Shown: positions 12,801 through 26,299 of the stretch, one piece after another
How the letters are laid out: each line of letters begins with the position of its first letter
How positions within the stretch are numbered: position 1 is the first letter of the stretch
DNA from: Salmo salar
Lineage: Eukaryota
Assembly: GCF_905237065.1 (NCBI RefSeq)
Contig: NC_059464.1
Span: 3,111,803 to 3,175,802 of the forward strand
DNA: 64,000 bases
Direction: 5' to 3'
Program-made: the position numbers and the translations under genes
Notes under the pieces: generated by a model
Database searches by the model: none
What the model was told of the DNA's origin: nothing
Seen by the model: only the letters and a program-made list of their open reading frames with translations

Positions 12801-13724
12801 ATTAGGCTTAGGCTACCAGTATTATTGGGCTATATCAGCCAATAAGCTAGATGTAGTTTGAAAGAGAGCCAGAGTTGGGGTTTAATAGAATAGGAGACTG
12901 GACACTTACACTTCACTTGAACCACGTTTTGCATAACTTTTAGCAGGCAGGGACAAATAAATGTGTTACCAATACTTAATATTTAGACAAAGTAGGAGCC
13001 TAAACTATAGCCTGTCATACTTCGGAAGTTAATTTCCTTGAAAAGACAACTGCCCGGGCTTATCCGCCCATGCATGTAGCCTACAGGCTATTTAATTGAA
13101 ACAACACATATTAGGAGCACTTGATCTCGCAAGCCCAATACAAGGGGAATGCAGCTATCTAGCGTCAATTACCTTTAAAAGTTAAGTGCAATGCGCTTGA
13201 CGAAAAGGTACATTTGACTGACTCCCGGCCGAACTTCTACACCTTGATATCTGAATATTCATTGTCTTGTAAATACTTTAATTCCATGTACAGGGTTGTT
13301 AGCAGTGGCAGATTTAGGTACAGGCCACATGGGCAGCCGCCCAGGGCGTCATCTTGCCGGTTTTCTATCGCTCGTTTGCACGTTACGTCAATGATATCAT
13401 GTCACCGTGTGGATCAATTAACCTTGTCGGAGTGGGCGCCCTGATTCTAGTTTATGAGCTAGGCAGGCTACTGCCTGGGAATGTCTCCCACTCAGAAATA
13501 CGAGATGGGGCGGGGGTAGGTTGACCTCAGGTCTCCCCACTGGAAGCCCAAGGCAGGCGAATCTATCAAATAGCCCACCTCTAACTTTGTAGAGTACTAA
13601 TGCAATTAGTAAAATCAGTCATACTACGAAATTATATCAAATAAACCACAATTCATTCATAATACTGCGAATATATAGTTTCAGAGATATATGGTTACAT
13701 TTTTTTCTGGTTTGTGCGAAATCG

Positions 13725-13905
13725 TTGAGAATAACCGTGTGGCTCAGTTGGTAGAGCATGGTGTTTGCAACGCCCGGGTTGTGGGTTCGATTCCCACGGG
13801 GGACCAGTACGGAGAAAAACATGTATTAAATGTATGTATTCACTACTGTAAGTCGCTCTGGATAAGAGCATCTGCTAAATGACTAAAATGTAAATGTCAA
13901 ATGTA
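13725..13905 (+). mobile_element. salmonid tRNA-derived SINE (SmaI-like)
   Basis: tRNA-like head ggctcagttggtagagcatgg...gggttcgattccc and tail gtcgctctggataagagcatctgctaaatgac. A tail fragment in minus orientation lies at 16783-16830. Confidence 0.75.
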
Positions 13906-14939
13906 ATAATATAAAACCAGTCTGCACACCACCAAGGTGAATTGGTTTAGTCTTGACTCAGTGTTGGGGGATGGGTAATATATTGATGCTCGAGTGCCAA
14001 ATCAACACAATTTTGTTTCTATTTGTCTTTGGTTACTTATTTTGATATTTGACTCTTATTTTTGTATATATTTTTATAGTTTTAAATGTTATAATTATTT
14101 ATTTGCGTTGTTCCAAATGTCTGGATAAAAATTACAGTTAGTGCAGAATAGCGCTTTTTTGGGGGGGGGGGGTGAAGTGGGGTTTTTTTTTCCCAGGAAG
14201 CCATACAAGCTAGAACCGCCACTGGTTGTTAGAGTATACTGTGTGTATCCATTTGGGCTCAACATAGCTCCATCTATGAATCTGAGAGCGGTTACATTTC
14301 TCCAGCTCCATCCCTCAGCTTTATCGAAAAACCAAATGGCTGGTTTGCAGTTTGGCTGAAAAAGTAATTAAGGATGTACATGTAATTTCTAAAAAGGGTT
14401 CAGCCTCGCTAAAAGGAGTTGTTGAGTCATAAAATCTAATCTAAGTACCACCCAACCCGCTTTACAAAGATGAATGTTGTGAAAATAGGAACTTCTATGG
14501 GAAATGTAATGGGTATTATAAGAAATGTTGTACATTATGATGACATTTAAATATACTGATCTGCAATTCATGCAGGGAGTGAGACTGACATAGTAGAGGA
14601 GATGTGGTTAGAATGAAGAGGGGATGGAGGAGAGAAGGGAGGGGAGGAAAGGGGGATGAGCACATCAAGGAAAAGGTGATCTTGGCACACCTAGACCTGC
14701 GTGTGTGTGTGCGCGCGCGCGAGAGAGAGGGAGGGAGTGGAATATGGAGAAGGACTTGCGGTGAATTGCACATGTAATTCAACAATAAAATCAGGAACAC
14801 TGTAAATTCCAGCAAATTCTATGTAAAGATGATAAATTATGTATTACAATGCTACATGACTTATGCAGACTAACATAGGTCTGTTTGGAAAACCACTGAA
14901 TGCATAATAAAGATGCCTACAGACATACATGCATGGCTG

Positions 14940-15140
14940 CCTTACACACACACACACACACACACATACACACACAGAGAGAGAGATAAACACACATGCA
15001 CCCTCTCCCTGCCCTCGCTTGGTCTTTCTCTCATGTACATGAGTAAAATACTGAACGAAGAAATTACTGGTGCATTCTCTCTCTCACACACAGACACATG
15101 CGCGCGCGCCATTGTCTGCATGCACACACACACAATGATG
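14940..15140. repeat. (CA)n-rich low-complexity region
   Basis: direct reading. Confidence 0.8.
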
Positions 15141-17251
15141 ACACACCCACTTCAAACCACACATGCAGTGCATACTGTGCACTACAGATTGGCTACTGTA
15201 CACCACAGATAGCAAAATATGAACTAAATCACATAGAAACCGCATGCTATCCGCCTAGGCCTACCTGATCTTATTGAGTGACATGAAACATTATCCTTAA
15301 CATTTTGCTTTTCTTGATCACAATTCCAAATGTTACTGTAAATGCAACGTGTAATAAAAAAGAGAAAATATTACACAAGTTCAGTAGGCTACGATTAAAA
15401 TCTCCACCCAGAATTCGTCGAATTGTCTTTTTCTTTTGATACAGGCTATGGTAAACGGTAACGGTCAAATTAGGCTACAGACCACGCCGGGGGATGTCAA
15501 ATTGCGCTCTTGTGCTTGCTATGTTGCTACCTCATCATCTCTCGCTCTCTTTCTCTTTTGTTCAACGGCGCTGCAAGATTGAGGAGAGGGAGGGGGAGAC
15601 AGGAAACTCCTATGCCCGGAGGCGGGTAGAAAGGAGGGGAGAGAGGGAGAAGTCGACGCAGCACATGCAATAGGATGCTTTCGCTCGCTTTTCTCTCTCA
15701 CCCCGCTTACCCTTACTTTTTTCTCTCTCAGGGTCTATTTTGCTGATGGGGCAATAGTAGACAAACGCGCAACTTGTGCCGTCCACATACCAATTTAGCT
15801 AGGCATACTGCCTCAAGCATTCCTTTGTCGCTGGTTCACTGACTGTTTTATATAAGTCTATGTTTATTCCTAGGGGTCATGTGAACCAACCATCATGTGG
15901 TCAATATTGTTGACAGTATTCACCAGCAATTGAAAATACAGTGCATGCTTGGCTATTATTTAGTCATTTCTGGCCCAACTTTGCTCATCGCACCTGAAGT
16001 GGAGTTATAAAGTACCAGTCAGGCCGAGCCATGAGGGATACTTTAACGAAGTGTTGCACTCTAGCGACGTCCTGTGTACAATTTCGGTCCACACACACGC
16101 ACCCAACACAAACATAAAAAATGTAGTAAAATTACACAAATGACCTATGTAGGCCAAGTTATAGTGGGTCTTGTTGCTCTTTGGACAAACAAAACATTTG
16201 ATCACGTTATCAGCTACCTGCAACTAAACCATATTTTGTTCTAGTATTTTACATGGCCAAATATGCATTGGGATGGTTGGGAATAGACCAAATGGAGTAA
16301 AAATCTGTGCTAAAATATCCAGTGGTCTTCTAATAAAAATATAATCAGTATCAATTCATTGATTTAAAGGTGCAATCAGTAATATTTAATGCTCTCCAAT
16401 GGTAATTTCAATTTATGATATACATTGATATGATACTATTTGAGATTTGATACATTTCTCAAGCTCTGGCCATCCCTCAGCTTTATAGCAAACCAAGTGG
16501 CATGGCTGCCATTTGGCTGAGAAGCCAATAGAAGATTGTGTAATAAGTCAGGCCAGAGCATGTAGCTTAATGTTGTTTTTATTAGTCACTACTGCATGAG
16601 CTACAGACATAAGAGGTAGATGAAGATTTCGATACATGATGGTTATTGCAAAAATATGGTTTGTTCAAATGGATTGAGACACTTTATCCAGTGTGTGTGT
16701 GTGTACAGACAGACCATGGATACAAACTGAAGCCTTGACATTTAAGGTTACGGGGAAAAGCCATGCTTTAATTTCTTTGATAAATTTACGTCATTTAGCA
16801 GACGCTCTTATCCAGAGCGACTTACAAATAGGTGCATTCACCTTATGATACCCATATCTATAAGTGGATCAACAAATGAATTAAAGACATTTGCATAAAC
16901 CTCAAAAGCAGAACAAGGAAAGATTCCTTACTATCCAGGATTATGGTTAGTATAGATATGCAACACATGGAGTGGACAGCACTTTATAGGGCATCGACGG
17001 CACCAAACAGATGAGCAAAAAAGCCATGTAAACCAAGGGGAACGTTCACTTGGACGTCTTTAGTCAGATACACATCTATGTGCGCACACATCAGAATAAT
17101 CGCAACCGTACAGTCATACATATCATATCCCTAATTGTCAGTTACTACATCAGACAAAAAACAACCAGAAATCCTACATCTGTAGGGGATATTATCAGAC
17201 TGGACATTATTCTCTTATTGTCAACGTTCTCCTCCTTTTCTCTTCCCCCTC

Positions 17252-17374
17252 TCACTGGCCCTGGCTCTGAGAAAGAGCTCCCAGAAGGCCATTGGCCGTG
17301 CTGAAGAGGTTGATGGGAGAAGAGCCGTCTGTGATCAGGGTTGACTTCAAACCCAGAGACTGGAGCAGCTTGAC
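17252..17374 (-). CDS. mvp: mvp terminal coding exon including the TGA stop
   Basis: [40 protein letters not shown] vs human [32 protein letters not shown]. Confidence 0.85.
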   Translation of the reverse strand, partial: VKLLQSLGLKSTLITDGSSPINLFSTANGLLGALSQSQGQ

Positions 17375-17742
17375 CTGGGAGAGGGTGGGGGAGAAAGGGA
17401 GGGAGTGGGGAAAAGAGGGGAGTGAGGGACAGAAACAGAGAGATTATTAATTTAATATGATCATTTCTCCTTTACGTTATAACTGATTGAATAAGATCCT
17501 GTGTTCCAGTTCCAATATCCTAAACTGTGTTTTATGTCTTGTCACGCCAATATAGCTAATTTAATTAAATTGAGATTGGGTGGGAGAAAGGCAGACATGC
17601 TCAGTGAAACGTTACAGTAAAGTAAAACATTACAGAATGATTCTGACCTGAACAAGAGCTTAAGGATTCTCCAGGTGCCATTTTAATTCAGACAAATGTA
17701 TTGGTGTAGCACAAGTATTATGGTATGTAAGGAGTTATGTAC

Positions 17743-17931
17743 CTGTAGCTCGGGGCCGGCTCTGGCCATCTCCTGCAGGGTGTCAGCGCCGATACTGTCC
17801 ACCAGCTTTTTAAAGCGGTTGCTCTCTATCTCAGCCAGCTTCTGCTGTTTCTCCACTTCCAAACGATCCATTGCTGACTTATAGTTTAGCTCCTGCTCCC
17901 TCGCCTTGGACAGACGGTCCAGCTCGCCCTC
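17743..17931 (-). CDS. mvp: mvp coding exon 15
   Basis: ORF 17683..17937: EGELDRLSKAREQELNYKSAMDRLEVEKQQKLAEIESNRFKKLVDSIGADTLQEMARAGPELQ. Confidence 0.9.
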
Positions 17932-18144
17932 CTGCACACAGACTTACAGGTCAGCTACACATAGTATGTGAACCTTTCAGCATTACACAATGTAGAACAC
18001 CTTCAAACATGTATCAAACACAGACCACACACACACACACACACACACGTGAACTACTGGTTGTGTACCTTTCAGAATTACACAATGTACAACACTTTCG
18101 ACCATACACACGAAGCACACACAGCATAGTGAGAGGATACGTAC

Positions 18145-18271
18145 AGCCTCAATCTTCTGTGCCTCAGCCTTCAGTTTAGCCTCGTTGACTGCCGCCTCTC
18201 CCAGGATACGGGCTGCCTCTGCTCTGGACTGGGCCTCTGCCTTGGCTGCCCCTGTACTCTCCACCGCCGCA
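18145..18271 (-). CDS. mvp: mvp coding exon 14 (reached across a ~9-kb TE-filled intron)
   Basis: ORF 17983..18363: [43 protein letters not shown]. Confidence 0.9.
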
Positions 18272-18439
18272 CTGTAACACAACGACACCTTTAGATTTGG
18301 TATTTTGTCAGGATCACCATTAGCTGTTGCAAAAGCAGCAGCTACTCTTTCTGAGGTCCACACAAAACATTACATAATATAGAACATTAATAGACAACAG
18401 CTCAAGGACAGAACTACATTAAAAAAAGTATTACAAAAG

Positions 18440-20430
18440 GCACACGTAGCCTACATATCAATACACACAAACTATCTAGGTCAAATAGGTGAGAGGCGTT
18501 GTGCTGTGAAGTGTTGCTTTCAGTTTTTTTTAAACCAGGTTTGCTTTTCACTTGAGCAATATGAGATGGAACGGAGTTCCATGCAAAAATGGCTCGATAT
18601 AACCACTGAATCTATGTTTTGACCATGACCGTTTACAATCTAAGGTAACGCCAAGTAATTTAGTCTCAACTTGTTCAACAGCCACACCATTCATTACCAG
18701 ATTCAGCCGAAGTCTAGAACTTAGGGAATGATTTGTACCAAATACAATGCTCTTAGTTTTAGAGATGGCCACCCATTCCAAAACAGACTGCAACTCTTTG
18801 TTAAGGGTTTCAGTGGCTTCATTAGCTGTGGTTGCTGATGCGTATATGGTTGAATCATCAGCATACAAGGACACATATGCTTTGTTTAATGCCAGGTCAT
18901 TGGTAAAAATGGAAAAGAGTAGAGGGCCTAGAGAGATGCCCTGCGGTACACAACACTTTACATGTTTCACATTAGAGAAGCATCCATTAAAGAAAACCCT
19001 CTATAGCTCTGAATCCATGATATGGATTAAAAAGCCATAACACAAGTTTAACAGTTTATGGTAAATAATATCAAAGGCTACACTTAAATCTAACAGTACA
19101 GCTCCCACAATCTTCTTATTATCAATTTCTTTCAACCAATCAGTCATTTGTGTCAGTGCAGTACATGTTGAGTGCCCTTCTCTATAAGCATCCTGAAAGT
19201 CTGTTGTTAATTTGTTTATAGAGAAACAGCATTGCATTTGGTCAAACAGTTTGCTAAGTGCAGGCAGCAAGCTTATAGGTCTGCTGTTAGAACCAGTAAA
19301 GGTCGCTTTACCACTCTGGGTAGCAGAATTACTTTGGCTTACCTCCAGCCCTGAGGACAAAGACATTCCTCTAAACTCAGATTAAAGATATGACAGATAG
19401 CTGACTCTATAGCCACTCCCTACCATCCTCAGTAGCTTTCCATCTAAGTTGTCAATACCATCGATAACAATAATGTTTTCCACCTCTCCAACACTAACTT
19501 TACAAAATTCAAACTTGCAATGCTTTTCTTTCATTAGGTTTTTTTATGCATGAATACGATGGCTCACTGTTCATTGTTGGAATTTCCTACCTAAGTGTGC
19601 CCACTTTGCCAATAAAGTAATCATTAAATTAGCAACATCAAATGGTATCGTGATGAATTCGATAAAAGATGGAGTTGAATTTGTCTTTCTGCCCATAACG
19701 TTATTTAAAGTACTCAAGTTTTTTTCCATCATTCTTTATATCATTGATCTTAGCTTCATAATACAGTTTATTCTTCTTTTTGTTGAGTTTAGTCACATCA
19801 TTTCTCAATTTGCAGTAAGTCAGATGTGCAGCCAGACTTATTAGCCACATATTTTTCAACCATACCGTTTTTCCAATTCCTCATCAATCCATGGATCCTT
19901 AAAAGTTGTAACAGTCAGTTTCTTAACATGTGCATGTTTATCAATAATTGTAAGAAGCAATTTCATAAATTCATCAAGTGCAGTGTCCGGATGCTCCTCA
20001 TTAATCACAATCAGACAACAAATATTTTTAACATCATCCACATAAGAGTCACAGCAAAATCTTTTGTATGATCTCTTATACACTATTTTAGGCCCAGCTG
20101 TTAGAACTTTGGCTTTCCTGGATATAGCCACTATATTGTGATCACTGCATTTAATGGGTATACATCCTTAGAACAAAGTTCTACAGTATTAGTAAAAAAT
20201 GTGATCGATACATGTGGATAATCTTGTTCCTGTAGTGTTTGTAAACACCCTGGTAGGTTGATTAATAACCTGAACCAGATTACAGGCACTGGTTACAGTG
20301 AGACGCTTCCTATTGAGCAGACAGCTTGACAAAAACCAGTCAATATTCAGGTCACCAAGAAAGTAGACCTCTCTGTTTACAACACATACACGTTCAAGCA
20401 TTTCACACATTATTTAGATACTGACTGTTA
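18440..20430 (-). mobile_element. LINE (non-LTR retrotransposon) with RT and APE-endonuclease remnants, inside mvp intron 13
   Basis: ORFs 18548..18970 and 19001..19366 carry RT motifs (VPQGISLGPLLFSIFTNDL, YADDSTIY); 20189..20410 has FLGDLNIDW (APE). Confidence 0.8.
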
Positions 20431-20582
20431 GCACTTGGTGGCCTATAGCAACACCCCAAAAGAAAAGGCTTTAGATGTGCCAAGTGAACCTGCAACCACA
20501 ACACTTCAATAACACTTGACATAAGTTAAGGCCGTCATTATAAATAAGAATTTGTTCTTAATTGACTTGCCTAGTTAAATTA

Positions 20583-20790
20583 CGCACACAGACACACACA
20601 CTTCAAGTCGGAAGTTTACATACATTTAGGTTGGAGTCATTAAAACTCGTTTTTAACCACTCCACAAATTTCTTGTTAAACTATAGTTTTGGCAAGTCAG
20701 TTAGGACATCTACTTTATACTAGGATTAATTGTCAGGAATTGTGAAAAACTGAGTTTAAATGTATTTAAACTTCCGACTTCAACTGTGTG
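20583..20790. mobile_element. internally deleted Sleeping-Beauty-type Tc1 (the two ITRs only, MITE-like)
   Basis: aagtcggaagtttacatacatttaggttggagtcattaaaactcgttttt...ctgagtttaaatgtatttaaacttccgacttcaactg. Confidence 0.8.
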
Positions 20791-20792
20791 TG

Positions 20793-20831
<39 letters not shown>

Positions 20832-20835
20832 CACA

Positions 20836-22430
20836 CACACTGCTCAAAAAAATAAAGGGAACACTTAAACAACACAATGTAACTCCAAGTCAATCACACT
20901 TCTGTGAAATCAAACTGTCCACTTAGGAAGCAACACTGATTGACAATACATTTCACATGCTGTTGTGCAAATGGAATAGACAACAGGTGGAAATTATAGG
21001 CAATTAGCAAGACACCCCCAATAAAGGAGTGGTTCTGCAGGTGGTGATCACAGACCACTTCTCAGTTCCTATGCTTCCTGGCTGATGTTTTGGTCACTTT
21101 TGAATGCTGGCGGTGCTTTCACTCTAGTGGTAGCATGAGACGGAGTCTACAACCCACACAAGTGGCTCAGGTAGTGCAGCTCATCCAGAATGGCACATCA
21201 ATGCGAGCTGTGGCAAGAAGGTTTGCTGTGTCTGTCAGCGTAGTGTCCAGAGCATGCAGGCACTACCAGGAGACAGGCCAGTACATCAGGAGACGTGGAG
21301 GAGGCCTTAGGAGGGCAACAACCCAGCAGCAGGACCGCTACCTCCGCCTTTGTGCAAGGAGGAGCAGGAGGAGCACTGCCAGAGCCCTGCAAAATGACCT
21401 CCAGCAGGCCACAAATGTGCAATGTGTCTGCTCAAACGGTCAGAAACAGACTCCATGAGGGTGGTATGAGGGCTCGACCTCCACAGGTGGGGGTTGTGCT
21501 TACAGCCCAACACCGTGCAGGACGTTTGGCATTTGCCAGAGAACACCAAGATTGGCAAATTCGCCACTGGCGCCCTGTGCTCTTCACAGATGAAAGCAGG
21601 TTCACACTGAGCACATGTGACAGACGTGACAGAGTCTGGAGACGCCGTGGAGAACGTTCTGCTGCCTGCAACATCCTCCAGCATGACCGGTTTGGCAGTG
21701 GGTCAGTCATGGTGTGGGGTGGCATTTTTGGGGGGCCGCACAGCCCTCCATGTGCTCGCTAGAGGTAGCCTGACTGCCATTAGGTACCGAGATAAGATCC
21801 TCAGACCCCTTGCGAGACCATATGCTGGTGCGGTTGGCCCTGGGTTCCTCCTAATGCAAGACAATGCTAGACCTCATGTGGCTGGAGTGTGTCAGCAGTT
21901 CCTGCAAGAGGAAGGCATTGATGCTATGGACTGGCCTGCCCGTTCCCCAGAGCTGAATCCAATTGAGCACATCTGGGACATCATGTCTCGCTCCATCCAC
22001 CAACGCCACGTTGCACCACAGACTGTCCAGGAGTTGGCGGATGCTTTAGTCCAGGTCTGGGAGGAGATCCCTCAGGAGACCATCCGCCACCTCATCAGGA
22101 GCATGCCCAGGCGTTGTAGGGAGGTCATACAGGCACGTGGAGGCCACACACACTACTGAGCCTCATATTGACTTGTTTTAAGGACATTACATCAAAGTTG
22201 GATCAGCCTGTAGTGTGGTTTTCCACTTTAATTTTGAGTGTGACTCCAAATCCAGACCTCCATGGGTTGATAAATTGGATTTCCATTGATTATTTGTGTG
22301 TGATTTTGTTGTCAGCACATTCAACTATGTAAAGAAAAAAGTATTTAATAAGATTATTTCATTCATTCAGATCTAGGATGTGTTATTTTAGTGTTCCCTT
22401 AATTTTTTTGAGCAGTATATATACTGTATA
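20836..22430 (+). mobile_element. Tc1-like transposon, family A (ITR tactgctcaaaaaaataaagggaacact), frameshifted transposase
   Basis: ORFs 21090..21458, 21295..21762 and 21617..22159 encode a HTH plus DDE transposase (…MQDNARPHVAGV…DLNPIEHIWD…). Confidence 0.85.
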
Positions 22431-22599
22431 TAGATAGTGGCAGACGGCAGGAAGAGGTGAGGGGAGTGGTTATTGAAGGGAGATATCTTGCAGCCTGCTG
22501 GCTCCACCCCAGAGCCTTATATGGACTTCTTGCCCCAACGAGCGGATCATTAAGCCAGGGAGTACTGGGGGATAAAAGAGGGAGCAGCCTGCACAAAGG

Positions 22600-22860
22600 G
22601 GCAGAGAACGGAGAGTGGAGCATGTGGGTGTGTTACGGAGAGTGGAGCGTGTGGGCGTGTTACAGAGAGTGGAGCGTGTGGGCGTGTTACGGAGAGTGGA
22701 GCGTGTGGGTGTGTTACGGAGAGTGGAGCGTGTGGGTGTGTTACGGAGAGTGGAGCGTTTGGGTGTGTTACGGAGTATGAAGCGTGTGTTACGGAGAGTG
22801 AAGCGTGTGCGTGTGTTATGGAGAGTGAAGTGTGTGTTTTATGGAGAGGGAAGTATGCGT
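22600..22860. repeat. ~27-bp minisatellite (ggagagtggagcgtgtgggtgtgttac, about 9 units) inside the 5' LTR only
   Basis: direct reading; the 3' LTR has only one or two diverged units (25690-25730). Confidence 0.85.
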
Positions 22861-25291
22861 TATGGAGAGTGTGAGAAGAGAGATTTACACCCCCCCCCTC
22901 CCCTCCGTGTACCAAACCGGATTGCCTGAGGACCTGAGTTTTAGGAGTACCCCTGGAGAATGGAACAGACAACGAGAACAGATTGTGGACTGTGAAATAG
23001 TTGGTGAATTCCCCCCTTTCCCCCAGTGTGCAAAACTCCCCATTTGCATTCTAATTATGCTACTTGTGTGTGTTTTGTTATTGAACTTGGTGACGTGGAA
23101 ACCCCACACCCTTGAGCCTGCTCCATATGGTGGAGAATGCGGGCACACCAAACCAAGCTCAATAACTAAAACAGACACGGAGCACAATGGAAGCATTGGT
23201 GAAACAGCTGGTGGAGGTGAACATAGCACAGCAGGCTATGCATTGGGAGCTGCTGGAGGAACAGCGTCAGCAGACCGCTCTCCTGAGATCTGAACTCAGC
23301 CAGCTGCCAGCCGCCCAGACCGGCATACGGCAGGCGCAGCAGTCTCTCGTTCCAAACCCAGTAGGTTTATACTGAAGTTGACAGAGGCTGACGACATCGA
23401 GGCCTACCTCCAAGCCTTGAGAGGACGGCGGCTAGGGAGAAAAGGCCCCATGAGAAATGGCGCGGCACAGAAGAGCTATCAGGATCTGACGGCTGACCAG
23501 TCGACGCATTACGAGGGGCTGAAAAAGTAAATCCTGCGCTGGTATGGTTACACCCTGATTAGCAGGGCACAAAGGTTCCATGATTGGGCGTATGATCCTA
23601 CAGCGTCCACCCCGATCGTAAATGCATGATCTAATTAGCCAACTCCTGGCCAGCCCAACTACTGAACCACTGACGCCCATTGAGAAAGTGGTCATAGATC
23701 AATTTCTACGCTCTCTCCCATGTGTGTTGGTCCCCACCTCAGAATGTACGTTTTTGGCCCGATGGAATGGGCCATACGAAGTCCTTGAGGAATTGGGTGA
23801 AGTTAACTATAGGGTCAGACAGCCGGGACGTAAGCATCTGACCCAGATTTACCATGTGAATTTGCTAAAGAAATGGAACACAAGTGATGTACTCTACTCT
23901 ATTTCCCCGAAGAAGGCTACCACAGAGACCAAGCCGGCGGAGGTATCACTGGGGGAGCAGCTGAACGAAGCACAGAAGCAGGAGCTGAGGGAGTTGGTCG
24001 GCCGGAACCAGGAAGTGTTCTCCAGTGAACCAGGACACACCGATCTGGTACAGCATAACATCACCGATCCCAGGAAAAAGGTGAAGTTGAGACCCTACCG
24101 CATACCGGAAGCAAGGAGAGTGGCTGTCAGGACTGAGTTAAAAACAGTGTTGAAAGCTGATATAATCGAAGAGTGAGTGGTGCAGTCCCATAGTGTTGGT
24201 GCCGAAACCAGACGGCACCATTCGCTTCTGTTATGATTTTAGAAAGGTAAATGAAATCTTGAAGTTTGACGCATACCCTGAACTGATGAATTAATAGAAC
24301 GGCTAGGGACCGCCCGATTTATCAGCGCGCTCGACCTGACAAAGGGTTATTGGCATGCGCCCTTAGCTACCGAGGCACGGGAGAAAACAGCTGTTACACT
24401 ACAAGAAGCTGCGCTTTGGGCTGCACGGGGCCCCGGCCAACTTCCAGAGGTTGATGGACCGGATTCTCCGTCCCCATCGTGAGTACGCGGTGGCCTACAT
24501 CGACGATATTGTGATCCATGGGAGCGAGTGGGAGACACATCTAAACCAGGGGCGTGCGGTACTGCAGGCCTTACGGGAGGCGGGGCTAACAGCGAACCCA
24601 AAGAAATGTTGGCTCGGCCTGCGGGAGGCTGAGTACCTGGGGTACACGATCGGGAGGGGATGTGTCAAACCCCAAGGTGAAGAAAGTGGAGGCGTTTCGG
24701 GATGGCCCCGCCCCCTCACCAAGAAGCAGGTACACACGTTTGTGGGGTTGACGAGTTACTACCAGAGATTTATTCCCCACTTTGCCTCCTTAGCCAGCCC
24801 CCTGAGATCTGACCAGGAGCTGTCTGCCCGCCCAGATGACGTGGACAGAGGAGCCTTCCAAGACCTAAAGAGAGCACTGTGTTCTGGACCCGTGCTGGTG
24901 ACCCCTGACTTCTCCAAACCACTGGTGGTACAGACCAATGTGTCCGAAACAGGGGTGGGTGCCGTCCTATCACAGCTACAAGAAGGTGAGGAACACCCAG
25001 TCGTGTACATTAGCCGGAAGCTGTTGTCACGGGAACAAAGATATTCCACTGTGGAGAAAGAATGTCTAGCGATCAAGTGGGCGCTCGAGACGCTGAAGTA
25101 TTACTTATTGGGACGGCACTTCACCCTCGTAACGGACCATGCACCACTGGTTTGGATGTCACGGAATAAGGACAGTAACGCCCGGGTCACCCGCTGGTTC
25201 CTATCCTTACAGTCCTTTGCTTTCTCTGTCGTCCACATATCAGGTGCAACCCATGGAAATTCCAATGCCCTCTCCAGGAGGGATGCTCTAG

Positions 25292-25495
25292 GGTGGTGGT
25301 TCGAAATCCTGGTCCTGGGCACCCAAAATGGGTGCACATTTTTTGTTTTTTCCCTAGCACTACACACCGGATTCAAATCATCAAAGCCTTCATCAAAGCC
25401 TTCATTTGAATCAGCTGTGTGGTGCTAGGGCAAAAACAAAAACGTGCACCCCTTTGCGTCCCCAGGACCAGGATTGAGAACCACTGCTCTAGGGA
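25292..25495. mobile_element. palindromic foldback/MITE nested in the LTR element downstream of RNaseH
   Basis: ~80-bp arms gtggttcgaaatcctggtcctgggcacccaaaatgggtgcac... versus the reverse-complement of ...gtgcacccctttgcgtccccaggaccaggattgagaaccac. Confidence 0.6.
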
Positions 25496-26299
25496 GCTGG
25501 ACCACCCCTCCCTCCCGCTCAGACGGCAGGGAGAGGTGAGGGGAGTGGTTATTGAAGGGGGATATCCTGCAGCCCGCTGGCTCCACCCCCAAGCCTTATA
25601 TGGACTTCATGCCCCAACGAGGCGAGGCTGCGGATCATTAAGCCAGGGAGTACTGGGGGATAAAAGAGGGAGCGGCCCGCACAAAAGGGGCAGAGAACGG
25701 AGAGTGAAGTGTGTGTTATGCAGAGTGTGAGAAGAGAGAGCAATGTCTGTGTGATTACCCGTTGTGACCTGGACTGTAATCCATGTACCGGATTGGCTGA
25801 GGACCTGAGTTTTAGGATTACCCCTGGAGAACGGAACGGACAACGAGAACGGATTGTGGACTGTGAAATAGTTGGTGAATTTCCCCCTTTTCCCCAGTGT
25901 GCAAAACTCCCTAATAAACTCTCCATTTGCATTCTAGTTGTGCTACTTGTGCATGTTTTGTTATTGAACTTAGTGACATGGAAACCCTTGAGCCTGCTAC
26001 AATATATTCTCTAAGCATTACAGGGATATGGCTCTGAATATATACAGCAACATCTCCCCCATAAGCATTTGTTTCTTATATAGATGTTATATCCTTATAT
26101 TGCTATTGCTGTATCATCAAATGAATTATCTATGCGAGTCTCAGAAATGGCTAATCTGAATGTTATTGATTTCATGAACCTTATTTCTAAGGCTACATAT
26201 TAATATGGGCTATTTTCAGCCCTTTCCCGGGTAGCTTATCAGAGATAAGACATAATATGGAAAAGAGCAAACAAGGCAAGAGGAAAAAAAATATACATT

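Larger units (their letters stand above)
22438..25995 (+). mobile_element. Gypsy-like LTR retrotransposon, internally rearranged and deleted; LTRs at 22438-23110 and 25528-25995
   Basis: the LTRs share cagacggcagg.agaggtgaggggagtggttattgaagg...ttgagcctgct. The internal part has a gag N-terminus (23187-23600), an integrase C-terminus (23622-23880) and RT(YIDD)-RNaseH (ORF 24451..25428). Confidence 0.8.

Noticed and set aside
13733-13805. tRNA-like sequences (also 45590-45665, 51900-51975, 47395-47470, 60090-60180) that could be called tRNA genes
   Set aside because: No complementary acceptor stem. Each is followed by the conserved SINE body and tail (…cattgtaaataagaatttgttcttaactgacttgcctagttaaataaagg or …gtcgctctggataagagc…). 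They are SINE heads, not tRNA genes.
15480-15730. GA- and CpG-rich block with a 60-aa minus ORF (…KRKRARDDEVAT)
   Set aside because: It is low-complexity, has no splice signals or homology I can recognise, and lies next to CA-rich simple sequence. Insufficient evidence for a feature.
22600-22860. Regular ~27-bp direct repeats that superficially resemble a CRISPR array
   Set aside because: The context is eukaryotic, the repeats lie inside a retrotransposon LTR, and there are no unique spacers (the units are the whole period). It is a minisatellite.
24451-25428. The largest ORF in the window (325 aa) as a host gene
   Set aside because: It is the RT(YIDD)/RNaseH of the LTR retroelement. The many Tc1 transposase ORFs, the LINE RT/APE ORFs and the L1 ORF1 are likewise TE-derived.
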